A stretch of 64,000 nucleotides of DNA from the human T2T-CHM13v2.0 reference genome, Homo sapiens, in NCBI RefSeq assembly GCF_009914755.1, contig NC_060940.1. One strand, given 5' to 3'. The notes below the pieces were generated by a model, which ran no database searches, had not been told where the DNA came from, and saw nothing but the letters and a program-made list of their open reading frames with translations. Positions 19,916 through 34,823 of this stretch are shown here, piece by piece; the stretch's first letter is position 1; the number at the start of each line of letters is the position of its first letter. The translations under genes were made by a program, and so were the position numbers.

Positions 19916-21596
19916 TAAGAAATAACAAACTCGATTAGATATTATGTCCCATTCAAGAATATTGTGAGGATTTTAAAGAGTAACGAGTCAACTTTATGAG
20001 GATGAAAATATTTACATTATCTCCTGGATTCTGAGATGTATGGAAATGAAGTCAGATTAAGACACCACATACCTGAGAGTTGGCAGGGGCAACGCTAGCA
20101 ATTCCTACCAGGCATTTGATTGAACTGAAAAAAAAAAAAAAAAAAAGTCCAATGCATAAGAGGCATTAAGAGTTGATGGGAAGCCTCAAGAAATGTCAAT
20201 TACTAAAGCGGAAGTCTATTTTTAAGTTCGGCTATCTTCACTAAAATTGCTAAAAATGTCCATATGGAATAGAGTTTGCTGCTCAAGGCTATTTTTCTGC
20301 TTCTATTTACCATGATGCATAAAGTAGCTACTGTGGCAAGAGAAGTGTAATGCTAAAAAGGAGGTTTTGGAAACACTGTCTTGCCAATGCAAATCAAAAC
20401 AAAAAAGGCTGATGTGAAAAGCTGAGAAACGCACTTCGCAGAAACAATAGGTTTTTCGAGACAACTACCAGAAAAATACGCTATTAAAGTAATATCAGGA
20501 TGGAGTAGAGGATCACTTGAGCCCAGGAGTTCAAGGTTGCAGTGAGCTATGATCCTGCCGCTGCACTGCAGCCTGAGTGAGAGCGAGACCCTGTCTAAAA
20601 ATAAAATAAACCAAAGCTAATTATACAAGGACTTTTTACATCCAGGAGGCTTACAAATACCAGATCCATGGAAAACTGACTTGAAAATTTAACTAAGATG
20701 TCTTAGTTTTCTGCTCTAAAGCAATCCAATTTCATTAGCAAAGTTGACTTTTCCTTAGTAAGTGCACTGCTTTTTAGAGTATTTATGAAGTTACTGCCTA
20801 TCTTTCATGTTTAGTACCCTCGGATCTTAAAGGTAACCATGACTAGAAATAGAATATGACATTTTCATATAAACTAATAATATATGTGTCTTACTTCTTA
20901 ACGGATGGATGCTATGAAAGATGAAAATGGCCACCAGAATGACTGTAAGCAGATGGCTGGCTCTAAAGGCAGGTGTCTCTAAACACACGTCAACATAGGT
21001 GTAACCCCTCTCAGATTTAGTTTAAGAGACAGGGTCTTGCTAGTTGTCTAGGCTGGCCTCAAAATCCTGGGCTCAAACCATCCTCCTGCTCAGCCTCCTA
21101 AGTAGCTGGAACCACAGGTGCACAGCACTGGATCCTGGCTTCAACATTTTGTAGGGCAGATTTTCAACATACAAACATACTTTGTGTTGCTCCTGTCTTT
21201 CCTACAAAAAAGCAGAGTGTGAGTAAGTTTCAGGTGGCTCTGCAACAGGCTTGTTCTTTCACCCTGGGTGGGGCAAGATAGAGCCTAAGCTGAGGGCCAG
21301 ACTCTGTCTTTTTGGGGAGGTGGTAAGAGGGAGGCAGCACAGGCCACACAGCACAGTGTGTGTAGACCAAGAGAGAGGGGTCAGCACAGGGTCTAAGGGC
21401 TCAGCAGAGGCTTCTGCTATTTTTACAAGGAATACAGGAGCAGGTATCTGCACTTTGGAAATCTGTTTTGGCTTTTCACAAATATATCCTTCCCTTCAGG
21501 GTATCTCATATGTTTTCTTTAGAAAATTTAAGCCTGACTCAGCCATAGACAGGGAACAGGTTATGTGGCTTAAGCTTTGGCCTAAATCCAAAATAG

Positions 21597-21786
21597 AGGA
21601 CAGCGTATGCTCCTGGGAGGCAGGAGGAGAACCAAGGAAATGAATACCACGGGGAGGTGACACAGAGGGAAAACCACCCTGAAGGGTTTTAGGACAGCAC
21701 ATGCTCCTGGGAGGCAGGAGGAGAACCAAGGAAAAGAATTCCACAGGGAGGTGGCAGAGGGAAAGCCACCTTGAAGGGTTTTAGGA
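21597..21786. repeat. Tandem duplication of about 93 bp
   Basis: AGGACAGC..ATGCTCCTGGGAGGCAGGAGGAGAACCAAGGAAA..GAAGGGTTTT twice (units start at 21597 and 21691). Confidence 0.93.
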
Positions 21787-22165
21787 GGGCTGTGTCGTTA
21801 AAATGCCTCCCAAACGAGCCTTCACCAACCTTCATTCCAAGTAGCTCTGCCAGCTGCCCTGGACTTCTAACTGGAGGGGCCTACGCTGCTGTTTCAGTCT
21901 CAGGACAAAACAGCTTCTTACGTGCAAATGCTGGAGGTGATTCTTCTCCCTTTATGAAACAAACCCAAGCCCATTCGGAACAAGACTGCCCACCTCGCTC
22001 CAGCTGTGATGCTTTGGCATCCAAGGGCAGGGGAGAGAAGGGGCTGCACAGACACCTCACGCTTTCCTGTGCTCCCCACGTGAAAGAACGCCAGTTTAAA
22101 AAATCAAGAGTAAGAGGTATTTGAAGAAAGGGGAAGAGAGAATTTGGTGGATCAAATAAAGCACA

Positions 22166-22171
22166 TTTATT
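22166..22171 (-). terminator. EMC8 distal polyadenylation signal
   Basis: AATAAA on minus, followed by pyrimidine/U-rich downstream sequence. Confidence 0.75.
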
Positions 22172-23148
22172 GTAGCGATGTCTGAACTTTTTTCCTATGT
22201 GTTAAGAGAAAATAGTGACCGCTGTATCACAAACCCTTTCAGGTCACACCGATCGTTACAAATTCCTCCATGGAGTCAAAGAAAAGACAGTAGGAAAGGT
22301 ACCGCTCTCTGAACTTTGTACAAAATAATTCATATAAAAAGGAAAAAAGGTAAACGTACCATAAAGTTTCCCTCTCAATTCCCTAAGGTTTGGTTACAAA
22401 ACTTGACCAAATGTTCTAAGTATAAAAAGTACAGACGTCACTCTGCACAACTCGGGAAGTCTAAGTCTTGTTTTTCCTAATACAAAAGAAACGATCATTT
22501 CCCTTTCCTGGCCCTGCAGGCACGTGAGCTTTCTGCGTGGCTGAAGAGCACCACACTGAGCTCCTGCTACCAGAGATGTCTGCTTTTGCCCCTAACGATA
22601 AAGGCTTCTGTGGCATCAGTGGTGTCACTCCCGCTGGGCAGAGTTGCGGTGGCTCTGTGAGCCGACACCATGTGGAGCAGTGCTGTTCACAGCCCAGCCT
22701 ACCTGACCACAGAAACACCCACACAGAGCTTCTCAAACAGCTCAGCACCAGCACTCCACGTGTCTACCCTGATCCCAGGACGCCTGGACGACATCAAAAT
22801 TCAAACAGGATAAAAACTCACAAACACACTCATTGGAGTATAAGATGTGGGCTTTTTTTTTTTTTTAAAAAAAGATAGTTCAAAAGCCTTAAAAAGTATT
22901 CTCTCCAGATTATAAAAGGTTAGTTAAAACTGTTTAATAGGAACAATCTTGCACAAGCAGAAAGAGCTTTGATTTGGAGGATTATAGCAACATACAACTG
23001 AGAGAGTCCACAGGGACAGTCAGACGGGATGTCTGCACCTCTTCTAGAGACTCTGTGTTAAAAACACGACCGACTGAACATTCTGCCCCCTTTCAAGGCA
23101 CATGCCACTTCTTAAAACGGTCAGCTTTCCACACAGGCTACCAGATAT

Positions 23149-23154
23149 TTTATT
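23149..23154 (-). terminator. EMC8 proximal polyadenylation signal (candidate)
   Basis: AATAAA on minus about 70 nt after the stop, preceded by TGTA. Confidence 0.55.
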
Positions 23155-23224
23155 TACATTTAAAAATAGGTTTTCTTCTTCAACGTAGTGGAAAGGCCCG
23201 GAGCCCAGTCACAGCGGTGCCTGC

Positions 23225-23413
<189 letters not shown>

Positions 23414-23894
23414 CTAACAGTGAAAACGGGCGGCTTATAACAGCATCAAGAGAGAAGGCCAGCCACATGCACAGTGGTATGAACAGAGATGGTGCAGAGT
23501 ACTGAGAAACATGTGCATTTCAAACGCATGAAGAGGTATACAGAGCATAGAAGACATGGTTAATACATGGAAGGGACGCCTTTCACGTGGAATTCTGAGA
23601 AAGTTGGAGGCAGATGACTGAAGCTTTCTGAGTGGCCACAGATACATCAAAGCACAGGCCTGGGAAGAGTGTCTGTGCTCTAGCGCCTGGGGTGGGAAGA
23701 CCTGTGGGTACCACTGAGGTTCCCTCTACTGCCTGGAAGCGCTGGAACACTGGGGCCTACAGGAGCCGGGGAATATGCTTGGTATCATGCCTCTGGAGAA
23801 AACGCTAACTGAAAACACAGGCGGGGTGAGAGTGGCTCTCACGTGGCCGGGCGCTGAAGGAGCCCAGCCCGCGTGGCAGCATGGGGCGCACTCA

Positions 23895-24164
<270 letters not shown>

Positions 24165-24344
24165 TCATGCAGGAAAACGTCAAGTCCTTCATTGTTTTTT
24201 CACAAAAGCGAAGCTTCCAAACATGACTTCTTCCCTCATCCTAGGATTCTGTCTGAATCAAGGCTGTTCAGCAAGGCCCTTGATGTCATCTGCTCACATA
24301 CAAGGACCTTCCTTCCCTGTGCCCCTAGAGGCTGTGCTGGCTGT

Positions 24345-24520
24345 TCTAATTGTGCTTCTCACACTTGGCATGTTCAGACCAGAATCATCTAGAAGGTGTC
24401 TTAACATGGACTGCTGGGCTAAACCCCCGCATTTCTGATTCAGTGGGGTCTGGGGTGGGTGCCTGGGAATTCGCATTTCTAACAAGTTCCCAGGTGCTGC
24501 GGCTGGCAGGGGACCCCACT
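24345..24520. mobile_element. MER5A-like DNA transposon
   Basis: TTTCTGATTCAGTGGGGTCTGGGGTGGG...GCATTTCTAACAAGTTCCCAGGTG. Confidence 0.7.
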
Positions 24521-24727
24521 CCCACTTGTGTAGTGATGCGGAAGCACAGAAGCCATGGCCTGGGATTCAACTGGTCTGCAGCTGAGAGAAAACTGCAAGA
24601 GGCGGCAATGGTCTCAAGCAGATAAATGAGTGAAGGGGTTAGCGGAAAGGAAACCGCCGCAGAGCAAGCTCCAGGTTGGTGAGAGGAGGCGCAAGGGCCT
24701 CCCACATGCTGCACAGAAGCGACTTAC

Positions 24728-24797
24728 CATGATGAGCGCAGTGTCGCTGAAGCCCTCGGCGATTCTGGAGGCCACCTTCTCTGCAACCTGGTTTGGA
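24728..24797 (-). CDS. EMC8: EMC8 coding exon 3
   Basis: Acceptor GACAG|T; (S)[23 protein letters not shown]; 70 nt; donor ATG|GTAAGT; phase matches exon 2. Confidence 0.97.
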
Positions 24798-24949
24798 CTG
24801 TCAAAGAAATAGTCAGGCTACCACATTCCAGTTAATGCCATTCAACACTGTTTACAAAAGGCACAGTCAACACCACTGAGACTTAACAAGCAATGACAGA
24901 AAGACTGGCGGAGCCAACAGGCTGCACGTGCTCGCTTCGCTGGTTTACT

Positions 24950-25269
24950 TATTATTTAATTTTTTGGTAGAGATAGGGTCTTGCTCTGTTGCCCTAGCTG
25001 GAGTGTAGTGATGCAATCATAGCCCACTGTAACCTCAAATTCCTAGGCTCAAGCAATCCCACCTCTGCCTCCTGAGTAGCTGGGACTATAGGCACAGGCC
25101 ACCACACCCAGTTACTTTTTAGTGTTTTTTTTTGCTTTTTTTTTTTTTTTTTTTGGTAGAGAGGAGGTATTGCTATGTTGCCCACACTGGTCTTCAACTC
25201 CTGGCCTCAAGCAATCTTACTGCCCTGGCCTCCCAAAGTGCTTACAGGCATGGGCCACTGTGCCCAGCC
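24950..25269 (-). mobile_element. Alu (J-like) in the tail of the U1 retrocopy
   Basis: Reverse Alu flanked by TACTTATT. Confidence 0.88.
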
Positions 25270-25288
25270 TACTTATTTATTTGTATTG

Positions 25289-25422
25289 CTGGGGAGAGTG
25301 TGAGTGCAGTTCCCCACATATGAAGAAATCGCAGGGGTCAGCACATCTGGAGTGCAATGGACGAACCTTGCCCTGGGAAAACCACCTTTGTGATCTTGGT
25401 ATTTTCCCTGACAGGTAAATAC
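25289..25422 (-). pseudogene. RNU1-103P: U1 snRNA retropseudogene with internal 30-nt deletion (probably RNU1-103P)
   Basis: Minus strand reads GTATTTACCTGTCAGGGAAAATACCAAGATCACAAAGGTGGTTTTCCCAGGGC...CCATTGCACTCCAGATGTGCTGACCCCTGCGATTTC, matching U1; A-rich tail; symbol from memory of the locus. Confidence 0.9.
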
Positions 25423-26527
25423 GTTTTGCCTGTTTAAAGTGGCTGATGACAGCCCCACTGTGATGGCTGTGGCCAGCAAGGACAGGAAACGCTGTTGGGT
25501 AATGGGGCGCACCGTGTAAAGCAGGTCCTTGCCTCATTCCAACCAGAAAGCCCTGGTGACGGGGATCTTGAGAGAGCATCTCCTAACGGAAGGCTCCCAG
25601 GAAGCCAGTGGAGAGTCGCCTGAAGCGGGCAGTGAAACTGCTGCTGGGCACCTGCCAGCTCCTGGGCCAAACTCCAAGCCTCCCGGGCCCGCCTTCTCCA
25701 TCTGCACGCTAGCAAAGCAGCTTGTCCACTGTAACAAGTAAGAGCAACCTCAGGGCAGCTGGCAGTCCGTCACCCTCTGAGAAATTCCTCAGCCTTTCCA
25801 CATCTTCTCCACGCTCATGAGCCTCCACTGCTGGCTCTGGCCCTGCCGCCACCCAACCCTGATAAATGACACCTTTCTACCTTAAGTTAATAGAGCTAAT
25901 AATAGAGCAGCTCCTCCACCATTCCTGCACCATGTCTCCAAACACAAAGTTATTCTTCTATCCTATGCCAGGAAGGGGCCTTCTCCTCGGGGGCCTTATT
26001 TATATTCTTTCTGTGCCCAAGCCCCAGTTCTGCCTTCAAATCTGTGTAAGTCTTTATTTTCAGGGAAAAACAAAAGCATTGAACCGGTTCCCTCTAGCTG
26101 CTGTCCAGCTTCCCTCCTCCGTTCCATGACTGTTTCTTCAACTTCTTTAACAAGCCGCTAGTCTTGCTCCATGTCCTCACCACAGCTCTGTGCAATCTGC
26201 CATCTAACCCATTCCCTTGCAGAGCAGCACTCCGGAAGTCTCCTGACCACTGCCTGATGGCCCCAAGACTGCTACCCCCTCAAAAGCCTCCCAGCGGGAA
26301 CCCACCACTCTCAGGCAGGCCAGTCCATTTCCAGCCTCTCCGACCTGAGGCCACCTTTCCCTCTGCTCTTCCCCACCCTGCAGGCCACAGGTCCTTTCTC
26401 TGCCCTCCTTTCCTGCATTCTCCCTGTCATTTATTTCCTTCAGTCTCTCACCTTAGGCAGGGGCTTCTAAAACTGCTTCCTAACCGGTCTCATAATTTCT
26501 ACGGTCACTCGCTCGCTCTCTTTTTTA

Positions 26528-26980
<453 letters not shown>

Positions 26981-27407
26981 TAGGCTCTTCTTATCCGATG
27001 TAACCTGAAAATTCTCCTGAACTAAATTTTCCTAAAACAGAACTTCCATCACGTCCCCTGGTGCTCACAGCCCCACAGACTACTGCTCACCACTGCCTGC
27101 AAGATGAAGGCTGCTATTCTCAGGCTGGCAGAGGCAGGCCTTCGTTACGGTGAACTGAGCTACCGCGTGCAGCCACAGGGGCAATGCTGTGTCTTCAATG
27201 TCAGGAAATCTGCCTACATGTCATCTGCCTCACATGCCCGTCTTGTTTCACTCACACTGTCCCGTCTGGCCCTCCACACCAAGGCCTCCTTACTGAATTG
27301 CTTCCCCTCTTTCAGTGCCCAGAAGACATGCCACCCTCACCACAAAGCCCTGCTAAACCCTGGATGAGACCCCCTGCCCTGCTGGAGTTCTGAGGATTTA
27401 TTTCTAA

Positions 27408-27819
<412 letters not shown>

Positions 27820-28022
27820 CCATCTTTCTTTTAACAGCCATAAAAATACATGCATTATTGTGAGTTATTTAACAAAGCACACTATATACAATTACAATCC
27901 TTCCCTTGTGATTAGGCTAAAAAAAATTAATAATGTTTTTAAAAAACAAATTATTTTATATGATTATTGTATTTTCGTTTTCAAAATTGACAAAGTGATG
28001 TACTGATTATAAATCTGCAGTA

Positions 28023-28075
28023 TTAAGAAAAATATGACTTAAAAATGTGACTGTGTTAAGAAAAATATGACTTAA
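28023..28075. repeat. 20-bp direct repeat, 33-bp period
   Basis: TTAAGAAAAATATGACTTAA at 28023 and 28056. Confidence 0.9.
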
Positions 28076-28482
28076 GAGGGAAGGGGAGGTTTTCAGGTAG
28101 AAGCCAATCGTACTGAAGAAAGCAGTGCGATGGTGGCTCCTAGCGCAGAGGGAAGGCAGTGCTTCACTGCACTGACCAGGACTCGGTGGGCGCCAGGTCC
28201 CCACAGCACTAACGGCAAGTGGTGAAGAGTGGGTACAGAGCCCTCAGGAGGCCTGCCCATGTACCCACCTCTGCCTGCTCCTGCATTTGCTGAGGAACTT
28301 GGAAAGCAAAAGGCAGGGCCGCTTGCCATGAAGAGCTTGCAAAGCCCTTACCCTCCTACTTAACACTGATCATGCTGGTTGTTGATTTTTATTGGGGAGA
28401 GGGTAAGGAAACACTCATTAAAAAGAAAAACTACCATTGCAGATGCTCAAGAACTCTTAACATCTGTCTTTCTATTCACTGA

Positions 28483-28768
28483 TTTTTGAGATGGGGTCTT
28501 GCTCTGTTGCCCAGGCTGGAGTACAGTGGCGAGATCATGGCTCACTGCAGCCCCAACTGCCCAGGCTCAAGTGATCTCCCACCCCAGCCTCCCTTGTAGC
28601 TGGGACCACAGGCGTAGGCCACCATGTCCAGCTAATTTTTGTATTTTTTTGTAGAGATGAGGTCTTGCTATGTTGCCCAGACTGGTCTTGAACACCTGGC
28701 TCAAGAAATCCTCCTGCCTTGGCCTCTGAAAGTGCTGGGATTACAGGTGTGATCCAACATGGCTGGCC
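28483..28768 (-). mobile_element. Alu (J-like)
   Basis: Reverse Alu consensus. Confidence 0.9.
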
Positions 28769-28796
28769 TAAAATTTATTATTTTAAAAGAAGTCTA

Positions 28797-29250
<454 letters not shown>

Positions 29251-31599
29251 TCAGGAACTCCTTGTTCCTAGGAAGAGCCAGCTGCCAATTGAAACTGCAG
29301 GCACCCTGAAGGCAGACCACTCTGCTCACCCTCAACAGCACCATGTCGGGCCAGCGTGTAGGTGCCATCTTACAATGTGTATCTAAAAGCTTCCTCCTGA
29401 GTGTCTGCCTCAGGCCAGGGCTCTCTGCCGGGCACCGAAACCTACTCATATCAAATGCTAACTATGAAGCAAAACACTGGCCAACAATGAATCATATAAT
29501 AAAACTTGATGGAATGACCTAAAGTTTAGGAAATTCATAAAAGTTATAAACACTACGTTAGAACAGTAATAGAAAAAGTCATCACAGCACTAGTAACAGC
29601 ACCAGCCACTACTGTAAACCAAGCACAAGGACAAACACACTGCGCAATTTCATTCTGTCCTCATGACTACTCTCTGAGGCATGAGCTCAGCTCCATTTTA
29701 CAGACAGGGCCACAGAGGCCCAAGGAGGTTAATCAGTAAGTCACCTAGAATTTGAATCCAGGTCTACTTGGCTCCAAATCATGCTGCAAGACACTGTGAA
29801 TGAGGCAATATTTCTAGAATAAGAAGAGCAAATTTTCAGCTAGGTCTGGCTGAAGAGAGGGGAAGGTTTTCCAGGCAGAAGCAAAACCATACTTAAGTCA
29901 GAAGTTGGCATGATCCTAGCTCCTGAGCTCCCAAGCTGTGTGGCCTCTGAGAAGCCACCTTCTCCGGCTGGTTTCTTCACTTGTGCATTGCTGTGAGGAT
30001 GAAATAAAATGACCCCGATAGAGCCCAGGGATAGCACGGCATTACCTACCTGAGGTGTCCTCCTCAAACAACTGGGCACAGCGGGGGAGGGGGAGGTGGA
30101 TTCCCTATTCCAGGGTGGCAGACTCCTAGCTAAGGTTTATCCTCTCTACACATCTGACAAATGGCTGCTCCTGATGCATTTAAAAGTCAGTATTAATGAA
30201 GGACTGCAAAACCTCCTGGAGGACGCAGAAGGACGTGGACTAGGTGAGGATAGGGAGGACATTCTAGAAGGAAGGTATGGAGAGCAGGAAAACTGTGTCC
30301 GAGTAGGATAATTCCAGGCTGGGCTGTAACGAGGTCAGCACAGAGGTAAGAACATGAGAGCTGTGAGCCAGATGAGGCATGCGCAGAGAGGAGCATAGGA
30401 GAGCCTGCGCAGGTCCATGTGGGGCGACCACATCAGGCATGGATTTGCAGGTGGGGGATTAAGGAAAGGGAGGCCCCTGCCCTCATCTGACAACCTGGTG
30501 CCATTCCCACTTGCCCAGTCTCCTCTCCCTTCTGCAGGGACAGCCACGGCAGACACTGCTTGGTCCAGGAACACCTTCCTGCCAAGGGTGCTCCCCACTG
30601 CTTGCAAGGTGAAGTTCAAAATGCTTCTGAGCACAGAGGAGCCCTCAGCTGTGGCCCAACCTACCTGTGCAGCCTCACTTCCTAGCATCTCCCTCCATGT
30701 GGGCACGGCCCCAGCCCTTGCCACGTCCTCACCTGTGTCTGCTGTCCCCCCAACCAGGAATGCTGACCTCCTGGTCTCCACGTCTGCACTTGACAAGGCC
30801 CTGCTCACTCTCGAGGGCCTGGTTTACAGGACACCATGCCCTGGACTTCTGGGATCATCCTACCAGGTCTAAGTCTCCCGGCCCCTGCCACCAAGCCCCC
30901 TGCAGGGGCCGCTGTCCTGCACCACAGCCTGTGTTTGCACTGTCCTTCATGTTCAACTCAGCCACGTGAGGGCAAGGGCCAGAGGGCTGCGCTTTCCTCA
31001 GCCCACGCCTAGTCTTTCATGTAACAAAGACTAAGATGGATGTGGCCCCGTGGGTAGGCTCTCGCTCAGTGAAGGCACTGAGAGGGGAGGCACTGATTCA
31101 TCAACAAAGGGAGGCAGGCGATATCAAACAGAGGACATCCCAGTGAGAGTCAGAAGAGATGCGCTGAAGGCGGAGAGGCCAGTGCTGCTCGTGGGCTCAG
31201 AGGAAGCAGCAGAAGAGCCAACGTGCATGGGGATTCCACGCACTCCCAACCGCCTTGGCAGAGGCTTCAGCGGACTGACTTTGAGTGCAGCATCTCCTAG
31301 GACATCTGCCTCCCTCAGGATCCTGTGCCTGGACCCAGCCCTCCTAGGGTAAGATAATTATGTTTCTAAATTTGGGTTTCTTTTAGGATACCATGTTTCT
31401 CATCAGAAACACTGGTGCCTCATCAGTGATAGCAATGCTGTCACCAGCTTACTGTATTATTTCCAAAGTGCTTGAGCTCACCTTCTCATCTGTGCTGAGC
31501 AGGTGGACCCAACGGCAGGGCCCTTCACTGCACCCCCATCTCCCTGGACACTGGAGGGTCGGCTCTATCTGACAACATGAGGAAGCCACGTCAGGGCAG

Positions 31600-31975
31600 C
31601 CTGACGCATGCCCGTTATATACGGCGTGGACTTTCCAGCTGCCCATCTGGCTTCTGGCTCGGTTCAGCCAAAGGAAAATGGAAGGGGGACATCATGTACT
31701 GACTGCTCTGGGCCACCTCTCCCCTAATGGGAGGCCACGTCAGGCTGGCTGTGGCCACCTGCCCAAGGGCACTGCTTTTCTCAAGGTGGACTTGTTTACC
31801 CAGCTCCTTCCTCCCCACCCTTTGGGCTGTTGTCGCCAGCCTTGTTTACTGCACGACCCCCTGTGCGTTATCTACGGCCCAGGCCTTGTGAACAGCCTGC
31901 TTATTAAGCCCTCCTCAGATTATCACCACCTGAGTGTGTCATCTGTTTTTCTGTTGGGACCAAGATGACGCAGAC
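31600..31975 (+). mobile_element. Old ERVL-class LTR (LTR33-like)
   Basis: 3' end TTAAGCCCTCCTCAGATTATC...TGAGTGTGTCATCTGTTTTCTGTTGGGACC. Confidence 0.55.
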
Positions 31976-32495
31976 ATATAGAAAAATTCTCAGCTTTGTT
32001 ATTAGCGAGAGCCCCAGTTGGGGAAGGATCTGGATAAAGGAAAAGAAAGAAGGAGCCAGTATAAAGGGGGCAGCAAATACCACATTTTCATCAGAGTACT
32101 GACCCCAAACCTACAGGCTGGTCTATTTACCGGCAAATAGAGCAACATTCCTTCCCAGTGCTCTGCCCAACACCACCCCTAGTCTGGGAAGGGGAAGCAA
32201 GGCAGAGCTGAGCAGGGACAGAAGTCGGAAGCCAACTGTCGCTTTCATTGTATGAATTCCCTTCATGCAAAATAAAGAAGACACAAAACAGAATTCCAAA
32301 GTTAATAGAAATGTTTGGAATTTCTGTTGTTTGGAATTATCCACACCACAGTTCGCCTCAAATACTACAAATAAGCACAGAGGGAAGGGGTGTAGGTCTC
32401 ACAGGTTTCGTATCTGGCCGAAAAGCACACGAGAGACGGGGTCTGCCCAACACGTGCTCACTTCCTCGCCCACAGAGGGTTCTGCATCCACGTAC

Positions 32496-32572
32496 CTGGC
32501 ATCCTTTACTCGCTCATTAGCTTGATAATAACCAGCAATCACGTAGCTATGATCTTTGCACCATGAATCAAT
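32496..32572 (-). CDS. EMC8: EMC8 coding exon 2
   Basis: Acceptor TTTCAG|ATT; [25 protein letters not shown]+AG; 77 nt; donor CAG|GTACG. Confidence 0.97.
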
Positions 32573-32964
32573 CTGAAAGAGGAACAAAAATTGGGAAAAG
32601 ATGAATGACTCTCCCTTAAATATCAAGTCGTAAAAACCACAGATCTCACTGCCACATGCTGGGACAAGACATGACAGAATCTTAATCCTCATACCCTACA
32701 CCCCAGAAGAAAGGGTAGGACTCAGGAAAAAATGGTCAGGAAGGGCAGGACTTTGAACATAAGGAATGACTATCTTCCTCAGTCCCAGCGAGAAGACCCT
32801 TTGTCTACAGGTACTGGATTGGTACAGTGCTGCAGAGAGTCAGAGGGAAGATGACCTTCACCTACCTTCTCTTATACTATAAAGAACTGGGGCTTTAGAA
32901 ATGCTTAAAATTATTTAAATCATTATCCTTCATAGTTAAGGAAACAAAGCTTAGAGAGGTTCTA

Positions 32965-33336
<372 letters not shown>

Positions 33337-34359
33337 GTCTTTTATACTCCATCTCAGCATTCTAAGCACCGCATCATGAAATACCCCTCAGTTGGGGTGT
33401 AGGGTAAAGAGGTCCCAAGTTAGGAAGGGGCACGTGCACATGTCCTTAGTTCTCTCCGGCGTGCTTTGAAATGGAAGCAAGGTGGCAGACCTTTGAAGTT
33501 TTTGGGTTTCTTTTATGGTACCATGTTTCTCACCAGATGCAGCTTCCTGCAGGTCTAAGGCCATTATTCAAAACAACAAAAGCTCATCCTGTTTTGGCAT
33601 AATGGAATTTGAATACACTGTAATAAAGTCTATTCTCAGTCTGCACAAGAGGAAACAAAATTGGTACCTTGATTTTTTTTTTTTTGTAGGGAATAAACTG
33701 GTTAAAAATGGATGTGTGTGTTTTTTAAACACAATCCTATTGCTCTTTTTCCTAAATTCTTGTTTGGGCCTCTGAGTCTCCTTCACGACCAAAAGCAGAC
33801 AAGACAGTTACAGTCCAAGGGTCCCTGCCTTGCACAGGATTAGGATATTTCTGGCCTCCTAAGAGTTCACGAATTACCATATTGGGTCAAAACCAGGGCT
33901 CAGTGAACCAACTAGACATTCTGGTCATCCACCCAAAAGATCAGGATTATGTCTGTAAAATATCTATAATGGTGCTATCATTGTGACTCTGCTGAAAACA
34001 ACTCCAAAACGACTCATATTTTGTTTCTATCACCTCTTAATGGAACAGATTCCAGAAGCTTTCTATTGCTGCTTAGAACAAACATCTCTATACACTATCA
34101 AAGGGCCTTGCTCTAAATTTGGTCAAGTTCCCTGATGAGCTGATCCTTGAGCACCGTGCTCCCAGCCTTCATGTGCCATCATGGGCCGGCCTCCTGAGTG
34201 TGTCCTCCCCTAAGGTGACCCACATCTCTGCCCCCCGGGTGTCCCTATCCCTGCTCTCCAGTGTAGCCTGCCCTTATTTTCACAGTCAGATTGGCCACTG
34301 TCTTAGTTTCCTATTGCCCTTGTGACAAGTTACACATACTTAGTGGCTTAAAACAACAC

Positions 34360-34647
34360 TTTTTTTTTTTGAGAGTCTCGCTCCGTTGTCCGGGCTGGAG
34401 AGCAGTGGTGAGATCACAGTTCACTGCAGCCTTGAACTCCTGGGCTCAAGTGATCCTCCCACCTCAGCCTCCTGAGTAGCTGGGACTACAGGTGTGCGCC
34501 ATCCTGTCTGGCTAATTTTTAAATTTTTTGTAGAGACAAAGGTTTCATCATGTTGCCCAGGCTGATCTTGGACTCCTGGGTTCAAGCAATCCTCCTGCCT
34601 TGGCCTCCCAAAGTGCTGAGATTACAGGCACAAGCCACCATGCCCAA
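34360..34647 (-). mobile_element. Alu (J-like) inside the MLT1 LTR
   Basis: Reverse Alu consensus. Confidence 0.9.
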
Positions 34648-34823
34648 TTTTTTTTTTTAAGGCAAGAAATAAATTTTATTGAAGGATTTTTCACCATCCA
34701 TAGAGATTATCATATGATTGTTTTTCTTAGAATTTTTAATGCATACATTTTTTGGATTTTCTAACTTCAAATTCCCTAATTTCTTCCATTTCTGAAATAA
34801 ACCGTACTTGATTAAAGTGCATG

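Larger units (their letters stand above)
22148..23224 (-). other. EMC8: EMC8 3' UTR
   Basis: Repeat-free stretch after the stop, with AATAAA (minus) at 23149-23154 and 22166-22171; cleavage position estimated. Confidence 0.8.

Noticed and set aside
19990-20040. ATGAGGATGA...CTGA resembling a C/D box snoRNA
   Set aside because: C box imperfect, spacing short, no terminal stem, and not within a supported intron
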